Positions 62,310-64,000 of a DNA stretch of 64,000 nt are shown in pieces (the first letter of the stretch is position 1; the number at the start of each line of letters is the position of its first letter). The position numbers and the translations under genes were made by a program. The DNA is from Heterodontus francisci (taxonomy: Eukaryota). The DNA lies in NCBI RefSeq assembly GCF_036365525.1, contig NC_090416.1, forward strand, positions 14,852,945 through 14,916,944, given 5' to 3'. The notes under the pieces are model-generated. The model ran no database searches and was not told the origin of the DNA. It saw only the letters and a list, made by a program, of their open reading frames with translations.

Positions 62310-62910
62310 ATGGCTGCAGTGAGAGGAAGTGTTGTTCCACATTTCAGTGACGCCTCCCTGAAGGTGTTCCTGCAGGTGGTGAGGGAACGGAGGGAGGTTC
62401 TCTTCCCAGTGGAGGAGGAGGCGAGAAAGCCTCATAAAGAAGGTCTGGCTGGAAGGGGCCAGGAAGTCAGCAGCTGCGGGGTCGTCAGGCAAATATGGGT
62501 GCATATTTGCTGGAAACGCTTCAATGACCCAGTGAGGTCTGGCAAGGTAAGTGGCATGAATGCTGGCAAGGTGTCAGCCCTGCCTGTCTTATATGGCGGC
62601 CATGAGATGTGAGGAAAGATGAATAACTCAAGCACAGGGAGTCATTAAGGACCACTGTGTGCAATGAGCCGCAGTGTAGTCTCATAATATAGATGGAGGA
62701 GGAACCGATGGAGATTGGGTGGGTGGCAGCAGGTCAGCCTGTCACAGAGAGTGAGGTGGGTGTGGAGCCCAGACAGAGTGAGAACAGCGATGGTCATGGT
62801 GCCAAACCTTATCACTAGTGCTTGCAGTGATGTCTCTGTGGCCCTTGATAAGCACGTGAAGCTTTGGATTCTGGTCAAGCAGGAGCACGTGGGTGGATAT
62901 GGATGTTGGT
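62310..62910 (+). mobile_element. Degenerate Harbinger-type Myb/SANT relic (paralog of 29549)
   Basis: MAAVRGSVVPHFSDASLKVFLQVVRERREVLFP..EVSS..WKRFND..RSGK|gtaagt. Confidence 0.7.
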
Positions 62911-63149
62911 AACACCACTCTCTGCTCTTCTGCAGGACCAGTAGCGGATGAGGCGCCACCGAGGGCACTGGAGTCACCTGAGACCTCAGGAGAGGTGTCG
63001 CCACCTGAGGAGGAAATGTTGGATCAGTGCAGTGCACCCTGCACTAGCATAGATACTCTCATGTCTGTGGACATTGATGTACGTTTAGAATGGGTGGCAC
63101 CAGCTAGTGAGAATGGCTCAGCAGGTCAGGCAGCATCAGTGGAGAGAGA

Positions 63150-63540
63150 AAAAACTTGCATTTAAACGTAGTAAAACCTCGCAAGGCGGTTCAGCGGAGC
63201 ATAATTCAGGACACTGAGTGCAGAGAGGTGATGGATGAACTAAAGCAAACCTCCTTTGATGCAATTGCTTGTGACCTTTACTGCAAAAAGTGCAAACAAA
63301 TCACAATCTGCTTTAATGATGTTGGTTGATGAATTAACATTGAACAGGGCAACCCTGCTTCTATTCAAAAGAGGGCATGAGTTACCTTACGTCTGTGAGG
63401 GCGCAGATCAATGTCTCATCCAAAACCCGACACATCCGACAGTGCCGCATTCCCTCAGTACTGCGCTGGGAGTGTCAGTCTGCATTTTGTGCTCAAGCCT
63501 ATGGAGTGGGGCTCTAATGAACAATCTTCCGAATCAGAGG
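63150..63540 (-). mobile_element. Deu-domain SINE
   Basis: Third copy, inside the local duplication 63300-64000. Confidence 0.55.
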
Positions 63541-64000
63541 TGAGCAGAGGATCTTGTTATATTCTCTAACTGCTGAACTGAATACTCTCCAAGTAGAATT
63601 GTCAACCACAAGGGCAAATATGGACAGAAAATCCTCTACTGAACCAACCGGCACTTGGCCACTCCTGGGAAGGCGTGAATGCCTTGGATAATACCCGGGA
63701 ATTAAATCCAATCCACAGTAAAATTGTACAGACGGTATCTGCACATGTGTGTTTCAACATAACATACACCTTGCGGAATAGGTTTGCACACACTTATTAT
63801 GTTCCAGAATAAAATGAATTCCAGTGCTAACACATTATAATACATAGACACTTACCAGCATTAAATTGCATCTGGCATTGGTTTGCCAATTTCACCAGTC
63901 TGTATATCTCATCGTGGGTCTGCTATCATTATGCTCACTATTTGTTGTATTGCCAAGTTTTGTATCATTTGCCAACAAGTACTCCTTCTAGCAAAGTCAT

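Larger units (their letters stand above)
39980..63110 (+). repeat. Segmental duplication unit 2
   Basis: Collinear with ~8770-30330. Confidence 0.9.

Overview
Eukaryotic, repeat-rich vertebrate DNA, very probably from an elasmobranch (shark-type V-SINE/HE1-like and Deu-domain SINEs, abundant CR1 LINEs), with one assembly gap at 75-228. Among the repeats lies a tandemly duplicated cluster of non-rearranging, antigen-receptor-like Ig-superfamily genes with the layout leader - germline-joined VJ - C1 - Cys+TM - cytoplasmic YxxL. I reconstructed two apparently intact genes by hand from GT-AG sites and exon phases. Type A is on the minus strand (20316..15757, 8 exons, about 337 aa, tail PTYASL). 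Type B is on the plus strand (38598..46210, 6 exons, 303 aa, tail TLYARL). The window also holds the 3' end of another B gene (652..1458), a B pseudogene, an A pseudogene, a degenerate C1 exon, and two chimeric relics (B-type promoter/leader joined to an A-type TM/tail). The A and B types sit as convergent pairs in a ~31-33 kb duplicated unit. Each unit has lost the opposite partner, so one intact A and one intact B remain. A degenerate Harbinger Myb/SANT relic and two near-full-length CR1 elements are also present. Gene models are manual and have no transcript support; repeat boundaries are approximate.
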